Assembly (NCBI GenBank): GCA_013151035.1
Contig: JAADJB010000008.1
Coordinates: 11,466 to 75,465 of the forward strand
Origin: Gammaproteobacteria bacterium
GTDB lineage: Bacteria; Pseudomonadota; Gammaproteobacteria; JAADJB01
Reading direction: 5' to 3'
DNA: 64,000 nt
The notes under the pieces were generated by a model. It was not told the origin of the DNA and made no database searches. It saw only the letters and a program-made list of their open reading frames with translations. Positions 1 to 9,800 of the stretch are shown here, piece by piece. How positions within the stretch are numbered: position 1 is the first letter of the stretch; every line of letters begins with the position of its first letter. Both the position numbers and the translations under genes were made by a program.

Positions 1-80
1 TATTTATGTTAACCGCAGAGCAACTGGACCAATATCAGGATCAGTTTGATAAGAAAGTAAGTGAGGTTGAGTAAGATAAT

Positions 81-401
81 ATGATGTTAAAACGACCTAA
101 AACAGCCAAAGAATATGTTTATCTGGTGGATCAGGCGATTGATGAGGTGAATGATCTCAAGATGTCGGCAGAATATGACATGGACTCCCTTGGTGAGTCA
201 CTGAAGTTCATCCCTGATCTGGAAGAGCAGTTGCGTGAGTTACGGGAGTCTATGACCGATGGTAGTTATACCTTTGCCAATGAGGATCTACAGTTTATGC
301 GTATTGTTGAGCATGAGGATGACCGGTTGCTACCTTTCAAGTATCTGTTTCTGGTGATTAATGAGACCCATAAAAAGGGTCTTGATGTTGATGATGAATA
401 A
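81..401 (+). CDS. hypothetical protein (106 aa, acidic), upstream of hemN
   Basis: Intact ORF with coding-like codon usage. No recognisable motif. The tail of another + strand ORF ends at about nt 75. Confidence 0.45.
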   Translation: MMLKRPKTAKEYVYLVDQAIDEVNDLKMSAEYDMDSLGESLKFIPDLEEQLRELRESMTDGSYTFANEDLQFMRIVEHEDDRLLPFKYLFLVINETHKKGLDVDDE

Positions 402-410
402 CAAGAGTTA

Positions 411-1805
411 TTGAATATGGATCAAACACTGGTTTTTGATAGTGAGTTAATCAAGCGTTACGATGTCAGCGGGCCACGTTACACCTCGTATCCTACCGCT
501 GTGCAGTTCCATGAGGGCTTTGGTACACAGCAGTATCGTGAGATTGCATTAGCAAGTAATAATGCAGAAGAAGGTGTTACACCGTTATCGTTGTATTTTC
601 ATCTGCCGTTTTGCGACACGGTATGTTTTTTCTGTGGTTGTAACAAAGTGGTGACCAAGGATAGAAACCGTGCTGCACCTTATCTTGAACGTCTGCACCG
701 TGAGATTGAGATGCAGGCTCAATTATTCGATAATAATCGACCAGTGAATCAGTTGCATTGGGGAGGTGGTACGCCGACCTTTATCAGTCATGATCAGATG
801 ATTGAGTTGATGCGGGTAACCGGTGAGCATTTTCAATTACTGGATAATGATGAAGGTGAATACTCGCTGGAGGTTGATCCACGTGAGATCCGAACTGAGA
901 CCATAGCCTGTTTGCGTAGTATTGGTTTTAATCGAATCAGTATGGGGGTGCAGGATTTTGATCCTGCGGTGCAAAAGGCGGTTAATCGTATTCAGTCAGA
1001 GAAGGAGACTGAGGCCGTTATTGTGACTGCGCGTGAGGAAGGCTTTAAATCAGTCAGTATGGATCTGATGTATGGTCTGCCGATGCAGACGGTGCAGACC
1101 TTTTCACAGACATTGGAACGGGTGATTGATCTATCACCAGACCGACTTTCGGTGTTTAATTATGCCCATCTGCCTGAGTTATTTAAACCTCAGCGCAGGA
1201 TCAACGAGGTTGATCTTCCGGTTCCAGGCGAGAAGCTTGAGATATTGCAGTTAACGATAGAACGTCTATTAGCTGCCGGTTATGTTTATATCGGCATGGA
1301 TCATTTTGCCCGCCCGGATGATGAAATGGCGATTGCCCAGCGGGAAGGAACCTTATATCGTAATTTCCAGGGTTATTCGACTCATGCAGATTGTGACATG
1401 GTGTCGATGGGGGTTACGGCTATTAGCAAGGTCGGTTCCAGCTATTCACAAAATCAGCGTGTGATGGATCAATATATTGCTGATATCGATGCCGATCAAT
1501 TGGCAATATTTCGTGGTGTGGAGTTAGATAGTGATGATCTGCTGCGACGTGAGGTGATTAATCAGCTGATTTGTCATTTTGAACTGGATATCAAGGTGAT
1601 TGAACAGCAATATCAAATTGTCTTTGCGCAATACTTTGCAACTGCATTAAAGGCATTGGTTGATATGGAGCGAGATGGATTATTACAACTAAGTGAGACA
1701 CGCATTGTAGTACAGCCTGCAGGCAGGTTGCTGATTCGGAATATCTGTATGGTGTTTGATCGTTACATGGAGAATAGTGGTAAACGTTTCTCCAAAGTGA
1801 TTTAA
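411..1805 (+). CDS. hemN: oxygen-independent coproporphyrinogen III oxidase (radical SAM)
   Basis: 464 aa. Radical-SAM CxxxCxxC cluster (CDTVCFFCGC). HemN-like length and C-terminal HemN_C region. Conserved GGGTPT motif. Confidence 0.9.
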   Translation: MNMDQTLVFDSELIKRYDVSGPRYTSYPTAVQFHEGFGTQQYREIALASNNAEEGVTPLSLYFHLPFCDTVCFFCGCNKVVTKDRNRAAPYLERLHREIEMQAQLFDNNRPVNQLHWGGGTPTFISHDQMIELMRVTGEHFQLLDNDEGEYSLEVDPREIRTETIACLRSIGFNRISMGVQDFDPAVQKAVNRIQSEKETEAVIVTAREEGFKSVSMDLMYGLPMQTVQTFSQTLERVIDLSPDRLSVFNYAHLPELFKPQRRINEVDLPVPGEKLEILQLTIERLLAAGYVYIGMDHFARPDDEMAIAQREGTLYRNFQGYSTHADCDMVSMGVTAISKVGSSYSQNQRVMDQYIADIDADQLAIFRGVELDSDDLLRREVINQLICHFELDIKVIEQQYQIVFAQYFATALKALVDMERDGLLQLSETRIVVQPAGRLLIRNICMVFDRYMENSGKRFSKVI

Positions 1806-1888
1806 ATTTGGTGACCTAAGAAGCCCCAATGTATCTGCATAGCGACTTGTTCTGCAGATGCATCAAGGGCCTCCTTGATCATTGATCG

Positions 1889-2101
1889 TTAAATAGCGCG
1901 GTGATAAATAAGTCCGGGCTCAAGTAGTATTTCAGATTTGCCCAGTTGTGATAGCGGGTAACCGTCATCAATGTACTCGGCGATACGGTCAAATTCATAC
2001 GTTGCCTGGGCCTTTTTTACTTTAGCAAAAATAGGTTTTCCCATATAATTTCCCAGGGTCTTGGCGTGTTGTGTGTTATGTTGTCCCATGTCGTGTCTCA
2101 T
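1889..2101 (-). CDS. small hypothetical protein (70 aa)
   Basis: Only open frame in the hemN-aroC intergenic region. Weak ribosome-binding site. No motif. Confidence 0.3.
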   Translation of the reverse strand: MRHDMGQHNTQHAKTLGNYMGKPIFAKVKKAQATYEFDRIAEYIDDGYPLSQLGKSEILLEPGLIYHRAI

Positions 2102-2189
2102 TCCAGTTTAAGTATCGTAAGAGTGCTTCAGTGAAAAAGGTAACGGCTTTTGCCTAGCGAACTTTAGTTTTTTAGATAGAGAATTCAAG

Positions 2190-3287
2190 ATGTCAGGAAA
2201 TTCATTTGGAAAGTTATTTACCGTAACCGGCTTTGGTGAAAGTCATGGTCCGGCTTTAGGGTGTATTGTGGATGGTTGTCCACCCGGTTTACCTTTGATT
2301 GAGGCTGACCTGCAAAGTGATCTGGATAGGCGTAAACCAGGGCAGAGTCGTCATACGACTCAGCGTCGTGAGGGTGATGAGGTTAAGATCCTGTCCGGTG
2401 TTTTTGAAGGTGTTACTACAGGCACACCCATTGCTTTGCTGATTGAGAATACGGATCAGCGTTCAAAAGATTACGGCAATATTATGGATCGTTTTCGTCC
2501 CGGTCATGCTGATTACACCTATCAGCAAAAATATGGCATTCGTGATTATCGGGGTGGTGGTCGATCCTCGGCGCGTGAGACGGCGATGCGTGTAGCCGCC
2601 GGTGCCATTGCCAAAAAATATTTGTATCGGCAACAGGGTATACAGATACGGGGTTATCTGGCTCAGTTGGGGCCATTGAAGCCACAGGTATTTGACTGGG
2701 ATGTGGTTGAGAAAAACCCGTTCTTTTTCCCGGACGAGGCGATGGTGCCTGAGCTTGAAACCTATATGGATGCCTTGCGTAAAGAAGGCGATTCCATTGG
2801 TGCGCGGGTGAACGTGGTTGCCAGTGGTATGCCTGTGGGTCTGGGTGAACCCATCTTTGACCGACTAGATGCTGATGTGGCACATGCCATGATGAGTATT
2901 AATGCCGTTAAGGGTGTTGAGATCGGTGCTGGTTTTGATTGTGTCGAGCAGAAGGGTACGCTGCATCGGGATGAGATTACGCCGGATGGTTTTTTAACCA
3001 ATCATGCGGGTGGTGTGTTGGGGGGTATCTCGTCGGGTCAGGATTTGTTGGCAAGTATTGCGCTCAAGCCAACCTCCAGCTTGCGTATCCCTGGGCGTAG
3101 TATTAATCGTGCAGGTGAGGCTGTTGAGGTCATTACCGAGGGTCGCCATGATCCCTGTGTCGGGATTCGTGCCACACCGATTGCCGAGGCGATGTTGGCG
3201 ATTGTGTTGATGGATCATTATCTGCGGCATCGGGCGCAGAATGCGGGGGTTGAGTCGGGTGTGCCTGTGGTGCCGGCTCAGGCTTAG
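2190..3287 (+). CDS. aroC: chorismate synthase
   Basis: 365 aa. N-terminus [33 protein letters not shown] is canonical AroC. Full-length similarity pattern. Confidence 0.93.
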   Translation: MSGNSFGKLFTVTGFGESHGPALGCIVDGCPPGLPLIEADLQSDLDRRKPGQSRHTTQRREGDEVKILSGVFEGVTTGTPIALLIENTDQRSKDYGNIMDRFRPGHADYTYQQKYGIRDYRGGGRSSARETAMRVAAGAIAKKYLYRQQGIQIRGYLAQLGPLKPQVFDWDVVEKNPFFFPDEAMVPELETYMDALRKEGDSIGARVNVVASGMPVGLGEPIFDRLDADVAHAMMSINAVKGVEIGAGFDCVEQKGTLHRDEITPDGFLTNHAGGVLGGISSGQDLLASIALKPTSSLRIPGRSINRAGEAVEVITEGRHDPCVGIRATPIAEAMLAIVLMDHYLRHRAQNAGVESGVPVVPAQA

Positions 3288-3311
3288 TTGTTTTTTTGAG
3301 TTCGAGGTATG

Positions 3312-3434
3312 AGCTGTTGGTCTCTATTCGAGACACGCCGTGAATACATCCATGTAGGCTCGATGCCCGCGTCCATGCGGGCAACGGTCTCGAATAGAGA
3401 TCAACAACTCGTACCTCTTGTGGCTAACTGAAAG
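3312..3434. repeat. structured palindromic repeat (REP-2 family), copy 1
   Basis: Outer inverted repeat tctctattcgagac / gtctcgaatagaga encloses an inner hairpin gcccgcgtccatgcgggc. A second copy lies at 25222-25325. Confidence 0.7.
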
Positions 3435-3453
3435 CTTATGATTTGGCGAGATA

Positions 3454-4623
3454 GTGGTAAGAATGAGTAAGTCCTCCCCCGTAGCTATTCCTTATTGGCG
3501 TCTATCCGGTTTCTACTTTGTCTATTTTGCGACCATTGGTGCGCTGATACCCTATTGGAGCATCTATCTCAAGGATCTGGGTTTTAATGCCGCCGAGATT
3601 GGTGAGCTGGTCGCGATTATTATGGCGACCAAACTGGTGGCGCCGAATCTGTGGGGGTGGATTGCGGATCATACCAATCAGGGTATGCGTATTATTCGCC
3701 TGACCTCGTTACTGGCTGCGATTAGTTTTGCGGGTGTCTTTTTTACTGAAAGCTATCTTTGGTTAGCCGTTGTTATGGTGACTTTCAGCTTCTTCTGGAA
3801 TGCCGCACTGCCTCAGTTTGAAGTGACGACGATGAATCACCTGGGTGAATCCACCCATCGTTACAGTTCGATCCGTTTGTGGGGATCGATTGGTTTTGTC
3901 GTTACCGTAGCAATGATTGGCCCGATGTTGGATGTGTATGGTGTGCGTCTGCTACTACCGGTATCGTTATTGTTATTTTTTCTGATCTGGGTGTTTAGCC
4001 TATTAGTGCCTGAAGGACGGCAGCCACAATCCCATGCCAATAATAATGAGCGTTTCCATTGGGTGTTACGCAAACCAGAGGTATTGGCATTATTATTAAT
4101 CTGTTTCCTGATGCAGATGAGTCATGGTCCTTATTACACCTTTTTCTCTATCTATATGGAAGAGCATGGTTATTCCCATACCGCTATTGGTCAGTTGTGG
4201 GCATTAGGTGTCATTGCCGAGGTGATTGTGTTTATGGTGATGCACCGCTGGATACCCCGTTTCGGTGCGCGTTATCTGATGATTGCCAGCCTGTTATTAA
4301 CCACCTTGCGCTGGTTGTTGACCGCCTTTTTCCCTGATTATGTCGCCGTAATTATCTTTTCCCAGACACTCCATGCTGCTAGCTTTGGTATCTATCATGC
4401 CGTAGCGATTGATCTTATCCATAAGATGTTTGTGGGTCGACTACAAGGTCGTGGTCAGGCCTTGTATAGCAGTGTCAGTTTTGGTGCTGGTGGTGCTATC
4501 GGTAGTCTATTGAGTGGTTATCTCTGGTCAGGCATAGGCGCACAATGGATGTATGTATTGGCAGCATTGACCAGTGGCATTGCCGTGATGGTAGCTATGT
4601 GGGGTTTGAAGCCATCCCAATAA
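3454..4623 (+). CDS. MFS transporter (12 TM), HcaT/YhhS-like
   Basis: 389 aa with about 12 hydrophobic segments. The N-terminal motif resembles the 3-phenylpropionate-type MFS_1 family. Confidence 0.7.
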   Translation: MVRMSKSSPVAIPYWRLSGFYFVYFATIGALIPYWSIYLKDLGFNAAEIGELVAIIMATKLVAPNLWGWIADHTNQGMRIIRLTSLLAAISFAGVFFTESYLWLAVVMVTFSFFWNAALPQFEVTTMNHLGESTHRYSSIRLWGSIGFVVTVAMIGPMLDVYGVRLLLPVSLLLFFLIWVFSLLVPEGRQPQSHANNNERFHWVLRKPEVLALLLICFLMQMSHGPYYTFFSIYMEEHGYSHTAIGQLWALGVIAEVIVFMVMHRWIPRFGARYLMIASLLLTTLRWLLTAFFPDYVAVIIFSQTLHAASFGIYHAVAIDLIHKMFVGRLQGRGQALYSSVSFGAGGAIGSLLSGYLWSGIGAQWMYVLAALTSGIAVMVAMWGLKPSQ

Positions 4624-4741
4624 CCATTTGTTTATAAGGGCTTATTGTACTATTCTAACCTTGATATTGTAGTGCTACATCTTATCTATGTTTTTACGGG
4701 TATAATTTATCGCTATTCACTCCCTTTGAGTTGACATTAGT

Positions 4742-5188
4742 ATGAGCAATGAGATCAATTACAAGAACAACCCCTTACACGGTGTTAGTTTAAAAAGCTT
4801 GTTGATTGAAATAGTAGATCAGTATGATTTTGAGATACTCTTTGCCTATTTAAATATCAATTGTTTTAAGACCAATCCAAGCATTGATTCCAGTGTTAAG
4901 TTTTTAAAAAAAACGGATTGGGCGCGTGAAAAAGTTGAAGTCTTCTATTTGTATGAGTTTAAAAACTTACCTGGAGCATCTTCTGAACAGTTTTCATTGC
5001 CTCCAAGGGGGAGGGTTATTCCAGAAGACCAAGCGCCGGGTGATCCTAAAGAACTGAGTTTAGAAGATGCTGAACGGTTGCGCGAAAAGCGTGCAAATAA
5101 GTCAACTGCACGAGAGCAGTCGGCTGGGCAGCGCTCGGGAATGAATGTCGATCTATGGGCGAATCGAAAAAATAAATATAAGCGATGA
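4742..5188 (+). CDS. DUF2132 (VF530-like) domain protein with a long basic C-terminal tail
   Basis: N-terminal [33 protein letters not shown]...[14 protein letters not shown] recalled as DUF2132. AT-rich gene. Confidence 0.45.
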   Translation: MSNEINYKNNPLHGVSLKSLLIEIVDQYDFEILFAYLNINCFKTNPSIDSSVKFLKKTDWAREKVEVFYLYEFKNLPGASSEQFSLPPRGRVIPEDQAPGDPKELSLEDAERLREKRANKSTAREQSAGQRSGMNVDLWANRKNKYKR

Positions 5189-5594
5189 CGGAACGAATAG
5201 ATGCCTAACAAATAAAGAATACGATAGGTAGCCCAATCTGTGACGGGCTAACCTACCTTAAAAACGCATCAGCCTATAGTGATTACAGGGAAAAGAGGTA
5301 ATGCTGTTTTGGTTTATGAAGAAGAAAAGGTTATAAAGATCATCCGGCTATGGACTCATTATGCATAATAGTAGAAAAGCAGGCTATTGGTTAGAACGTA
5401 CTATTATGTAGAGTGTGCCAGCTATCCAGCACCCGATCAATAGTTGTCAGACTTTAAGGTTAGGAAGTAATATGGAATATTTTCATGAGAGTGAATGCTC
5501 ACCTTTATCAGTGACTTATGCTATATTTTGCATTGATTTTGAACTCTGAAAATTGAGTTGAAATATGAATCCTGGAATTTGAGTTATAGAGAGA

Positions 5595-6340
5595 TTGATT
5601 ATGCCCTGGTATCACCTTGAACGGCACCGTCACGGCCTTGCTTCCATTGCAGTCTTGTCACTAATTGCCACTAATAGTTACTCGGCAGAAGAAGTTTTTC
5701 GTCTGGATAATCGAACTGATTTTGTTAACTATGATCTTAGTGGGCCAGGTAAGGGAAAAAGTTTCTACGATGAGGGTGCGCATTATCTACAAGAGAGTGA
5801 TTTGACTTATAAGACCACCTTATTCTACAACGGCTAAGGGTATTGCTAAAACCCACAAATCGGGGCAGGCTAATCGCATAACGCTACGTACTTATTTCAA
5901 AGGCACCCGGATTAATGCCAAACTGGAACGTGTTAGTACTGATTTTAAAGCCTTGGCAGGGAGCGCAACACCGGATCGTCAAATGGGTCTATATCAAAGT
6001 CAGCAAAAAAATTGCCAGGCGTTGGAAGTTGACGGGTAGCTATGATTATTACTCGAATAATCTGGATGGCAGGAATGCCAGTGGCACGACAAAGAATCAG
6101 CTCGGTTCATTCGGCCTTAAACGCACTCGTCTATTTGATCGCAAGAGCCTCGTTGTGTCGACCTCGTTACGTCAAAAACGAACACGTAACAATACCTATC
6201 GTGCTTCCATGTTACTGAATCGCGGTAAGGCACATCGATTCAACTTTCTGCTTGAGAAAAATCTATCGGATACTTATGCATCTGGTGGCAATGACTCTCT
6301 GAGATTATTGAGGTGGTTGGTTTGGAAAATGGTGAATTGA
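5595..6340 (+). pseudogene. frameshifted outer-membrane beta-barrel-like gene remnant
   Basis: A signal-peptide ORF (5595-5837) is followed by at least two frame changes, one near an A7 tract at 6003-6009. The continuing frames show the alternating polar/hydrophobic pattern typical of OMP strands. Confidence 0.35.
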
Positions 6341-6396
6341 AGATACTAGAAACCAGGACTGGTAGGTTTTGGCAGTAGCATCAGCAGAATAATATA

Positions 6397-6750
6397 ATGC
6401 AAATAAATACAACAAGAAGATTGGTGGATGTGGTTATCCTGTTTATCGCGGGAAATTACCTGTATAACTTTATGGGTGATTTATCATCCTCGATTATTGG
6501 GTTCTTTGCTTCGTTGGCCTATATATTCTTTTATCGCTTGGCGAGAAAGGCATTAGGTAGTCCGCCATTTTCATATTACTTTTTTATGTGGGTTCCTACG
6601 GTGGTATTTGTGTTTGCCCCTGTCGGGTATGATTTTTATCAGGCGGATTCTGCCGGGCTCATTTCCTGGGCTGTTGGGGGGCTTCCGTGGTTCCAACTGA
6701 TACTGCCGATTGTATTGCTTTACATTGTTCGCGAAGAGTTAAAAAAGTAA
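6397..6750 (+). CDS. small integral membrane protein (3-4 TM)
   Basis: 117 aa with hydrophobic segments. Lies directly upstream of the giant lipoprotein gene. Confidence 0.4.
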   Translation: MQINTTRRLVDVVILFIAGNYLYNFMGDLSSSIIGFFASLAYIFFYRLARKALGSPPFSYYFFMWVPTVVFVFAPVGYDFYQADSAGLISWAVGGLPWFQLILPIVLLYIVREELKK

Positions 6751-6836
6751 CGGGTTGGAACTGTGGTATTATGAAATTTCGTGCAATGTTGACTATAAAA
6801 CCGTGAGAAAATTTTAATCAATCAGGTGGATAAAGG

Positions 6837-9800
6837 ATGTCTCGTTTTTTATTACAGAAAGCAACACCGAAAGCTTTTATAGCGCTGCTCCTTGTCTTTT
6901 TATTATCTCTGCTATCGGGTTGTGGTGGCGGTTCAGCGTCATCTAATGGCAACAATGCCAGTGTAACGATCAATATTGGCAGCTCTCAAAATGTTGTGTC
7001 GGTTAATTCGGGGCAATGGCTTCTTAATCAAATCATCACTCAGGCTTATGCCGCCTCATTGTTGACGGAATATAGTTATCTATCACGGATCACTCTGGAA
7101 ATATGGGAGGGTGACAATAATATAACGGGTCAAATTAACGAGAGATATAATAAGGGCACTTTTGGTGCGCTTGTCGCTGCTGAGGGCAATGATGCCTTGT
7201 TGTTGCTGGATACGAGTACCCGTATTAGTGTGCCGGCAGATGTGGCGTTGAGATATGTCGTTAAGGCCTTCCAGACGGTGGATGGTGAGTTAGTCCGGTT
7301 TTTTCAGACTGAGGCGAGCTACACGGCAGGGCTTGATAGTGCCGATTTTTCGGGTAATCTCAATATGTCACTTCGTGTGAATATAAACGACTCGATGATC
7401 CAGCAAATGGATACGCCTTCATTGCCCTGTGTTGATGAAGATATTGACCCGATCACTAATGCTGTTGTGGGCGATGGTATTTGTGATACCTATGAAAACC
7501 TGTTTGTGGTTATTGATACTCGAACGGGTTCAGTCACTGAAGGTCAGTATATCCCTGATGTTGATCTGGACGGTATACCTAACGGTATTGATACAGACTC
7601 GGATGGTGATGGTGTTGATGATGCGAATGAGGATGCATCGCAGAATTCAAATAATGGCTATCCAAATTTTGTACATACTAACAATAACCCGACATCGACC
7701 CGTGCCGAGATTACGCTTGCTCAAGGGGCCACGCAAACATTTAGTCCTGATGTCGATGATGATGATGAGGGTGATACCTTTACGGTTATTTCGGTAATAC
7801 AGCCATTACTAGGCGCGGTGTCTATCGTGGGTGGTGCATTGCACTATGAGGCACCACGAGACCAGTCAGGTGATACTCAGTTTAGTTATACGGTGGTAGA
7901 TTATGCTGCACAGACACCGATTAGCGGGATAGCACTCATACACATTACAGCCGCTACGCCACCGAATAGTGCCCCGGACGTTTATTCGCTAGCAAGTCTT
8001 GAAACCAATGAAGATACAGCAATAAGTAATATCGATGTTGTCAGCGAGACTGATGCTCAAGACCCTGATGGTGATAACATCAGTGTCACTGCCTTTGATA
8101 CTGTTTCAAACTGGGGTGGAGTTGTTACCCAAAATCTGGATGGTACGCTGAATTACACACCCGCTGCAAATTACAACGGTAGTGATAGTTTTGCGTTTAC
8201 TATTAGTGATGACTTTGGTGGATCTATAGCAGGGGTGTTCGGCTTCGATGTGTTGGCCGTCAATGATGCGCCTGTTATTAGTGGTGCTCCGGTTATCACT
8301 GTGGAGGAGAATAGTACCTACAGTTTTATGCCAACAGCTAATGACGTTGATGCGGGTGATATCCTGGTCTTTAGTCTCACTAATCAACCTGCCTGGGCAA
8401 GTTTTAACACAATAACAGGTGAGTTGAGTGGTATACCGGCGAGAGATGATGCTGGGGTTACTCTGAATATTGTAATCACTGTAACCGATAATGAGGGTTT
8501 AACCGATTCTCTACCTGCTTTTGATCTAACGGTGACAACAAATAATGTGCCGCCTGTTTATCAATCACAGATCTATGAGCACTTTTCTGGCGGTGAAAAT
8601 CATACGCTGGCACTGAGGAGTGATGGTACGGTTTGGGCGTGGGGGGGCAATAATTATGGTCAACTGGGTAATGGTGATTTTGGTGGCGGCTCCACGCCTG
8701 TTCAGGCACTGGGGCTGAGTAATATTATCGATCTGGCTGCGGGTGACTTTCACTCTGTGGCCTTACGGAGTGATCGAACAGTCTGGCTTTGGGGGCATAA
8801 TAATAATGGTCAACTGGGAAAGGACTCTGCTGAACATGAATCGAGCATACCTTCGCAGCTTGTCGGACTAACAGCGGTTGATGCGGTTGCTGCTGGTCGT
8901 CAGTACACGGTCGCATTGAAAACGGATGGTACCGTCTGGAGTTGGGGTAGAAACAGTTATGGTCAGTTGGGGAACGATTCAACCACTAGCACAGAGATAC
9001 CTCAGCAAGCTGTTGGCTTAAGCAATATTATTGCGATTAGTGCGGGTCGTTACCACGCCCTTGCACTCAAGGGTGATGGCACCGTCTGGGCGTGGGGTAG
9101 AAATAATTATGGCCAACTGGGTGATGGTAGTGATACTCAGAGGACTATACCGGTTCAGGTGAGTGGTTTGACGGGTGTTGTTAGTATTGCGTCGGGTGGC
9201 AGTCATAATATTGCGATGAAATCCGATGGTACGCTGTGGCTGTGGGGCTGGAATCTTTATGGCCAATTGGGTGATGGCACGATGACTGATTCCGCCATAC
9301 CAGTTCAAATTGCAGGTCTAACAGGGGTCGATAGTATGGCTGCCGGTCGTTACCACACCCTTGTTTCCCGATCTGATGGTACGGTCTGGAGTTGGGGCAG
9401 GAACCTTGAAGGTCAGTTAGGGGGTAACACAACGAGTGGTTCAACAAGCCCTGTTTTGATGACATCTCTATCGGATATTACCGCGGTTTCTGCCGGTTAT
9501 AAACATTCGTTGGCACGTGCTTCTGATAACACGCTATGGGCATGGGGACGTAATGGTTATGGTCAATTGGGCGATGGTGCCGACCTGGTTCTGACGACCC
9601 CTCGAACAATGAGTGAGATAAGGTCTGTGTTGGCTATTACCGCTGGACGTAAGCATTCTGCGGCTATTTTAGACGATGGTCGTGTGTGGTCGTGGGGTGA
9701 TGGCGATGATGGCGAGTTGGGTAATGCTGCAACTGTTGATGTCAGTGTGCCAGTGCCGGTGGCAGGGCTTAAATCTGTACGTCAAGTTACATTGGGTATT

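Noticed and set aside
1282-1464. 60-aa ORF inside hemN in another frame
   Set aside because: It is embedded in a high-confidence gene and has no independent support.
2482-3384. Several antisense or alternative-frame ORFs across aroC
   Set aside because: They show GC-rich antisense translation with Pro/Arg/His-rich composition, typical of noncoding frames opposite a real gene.
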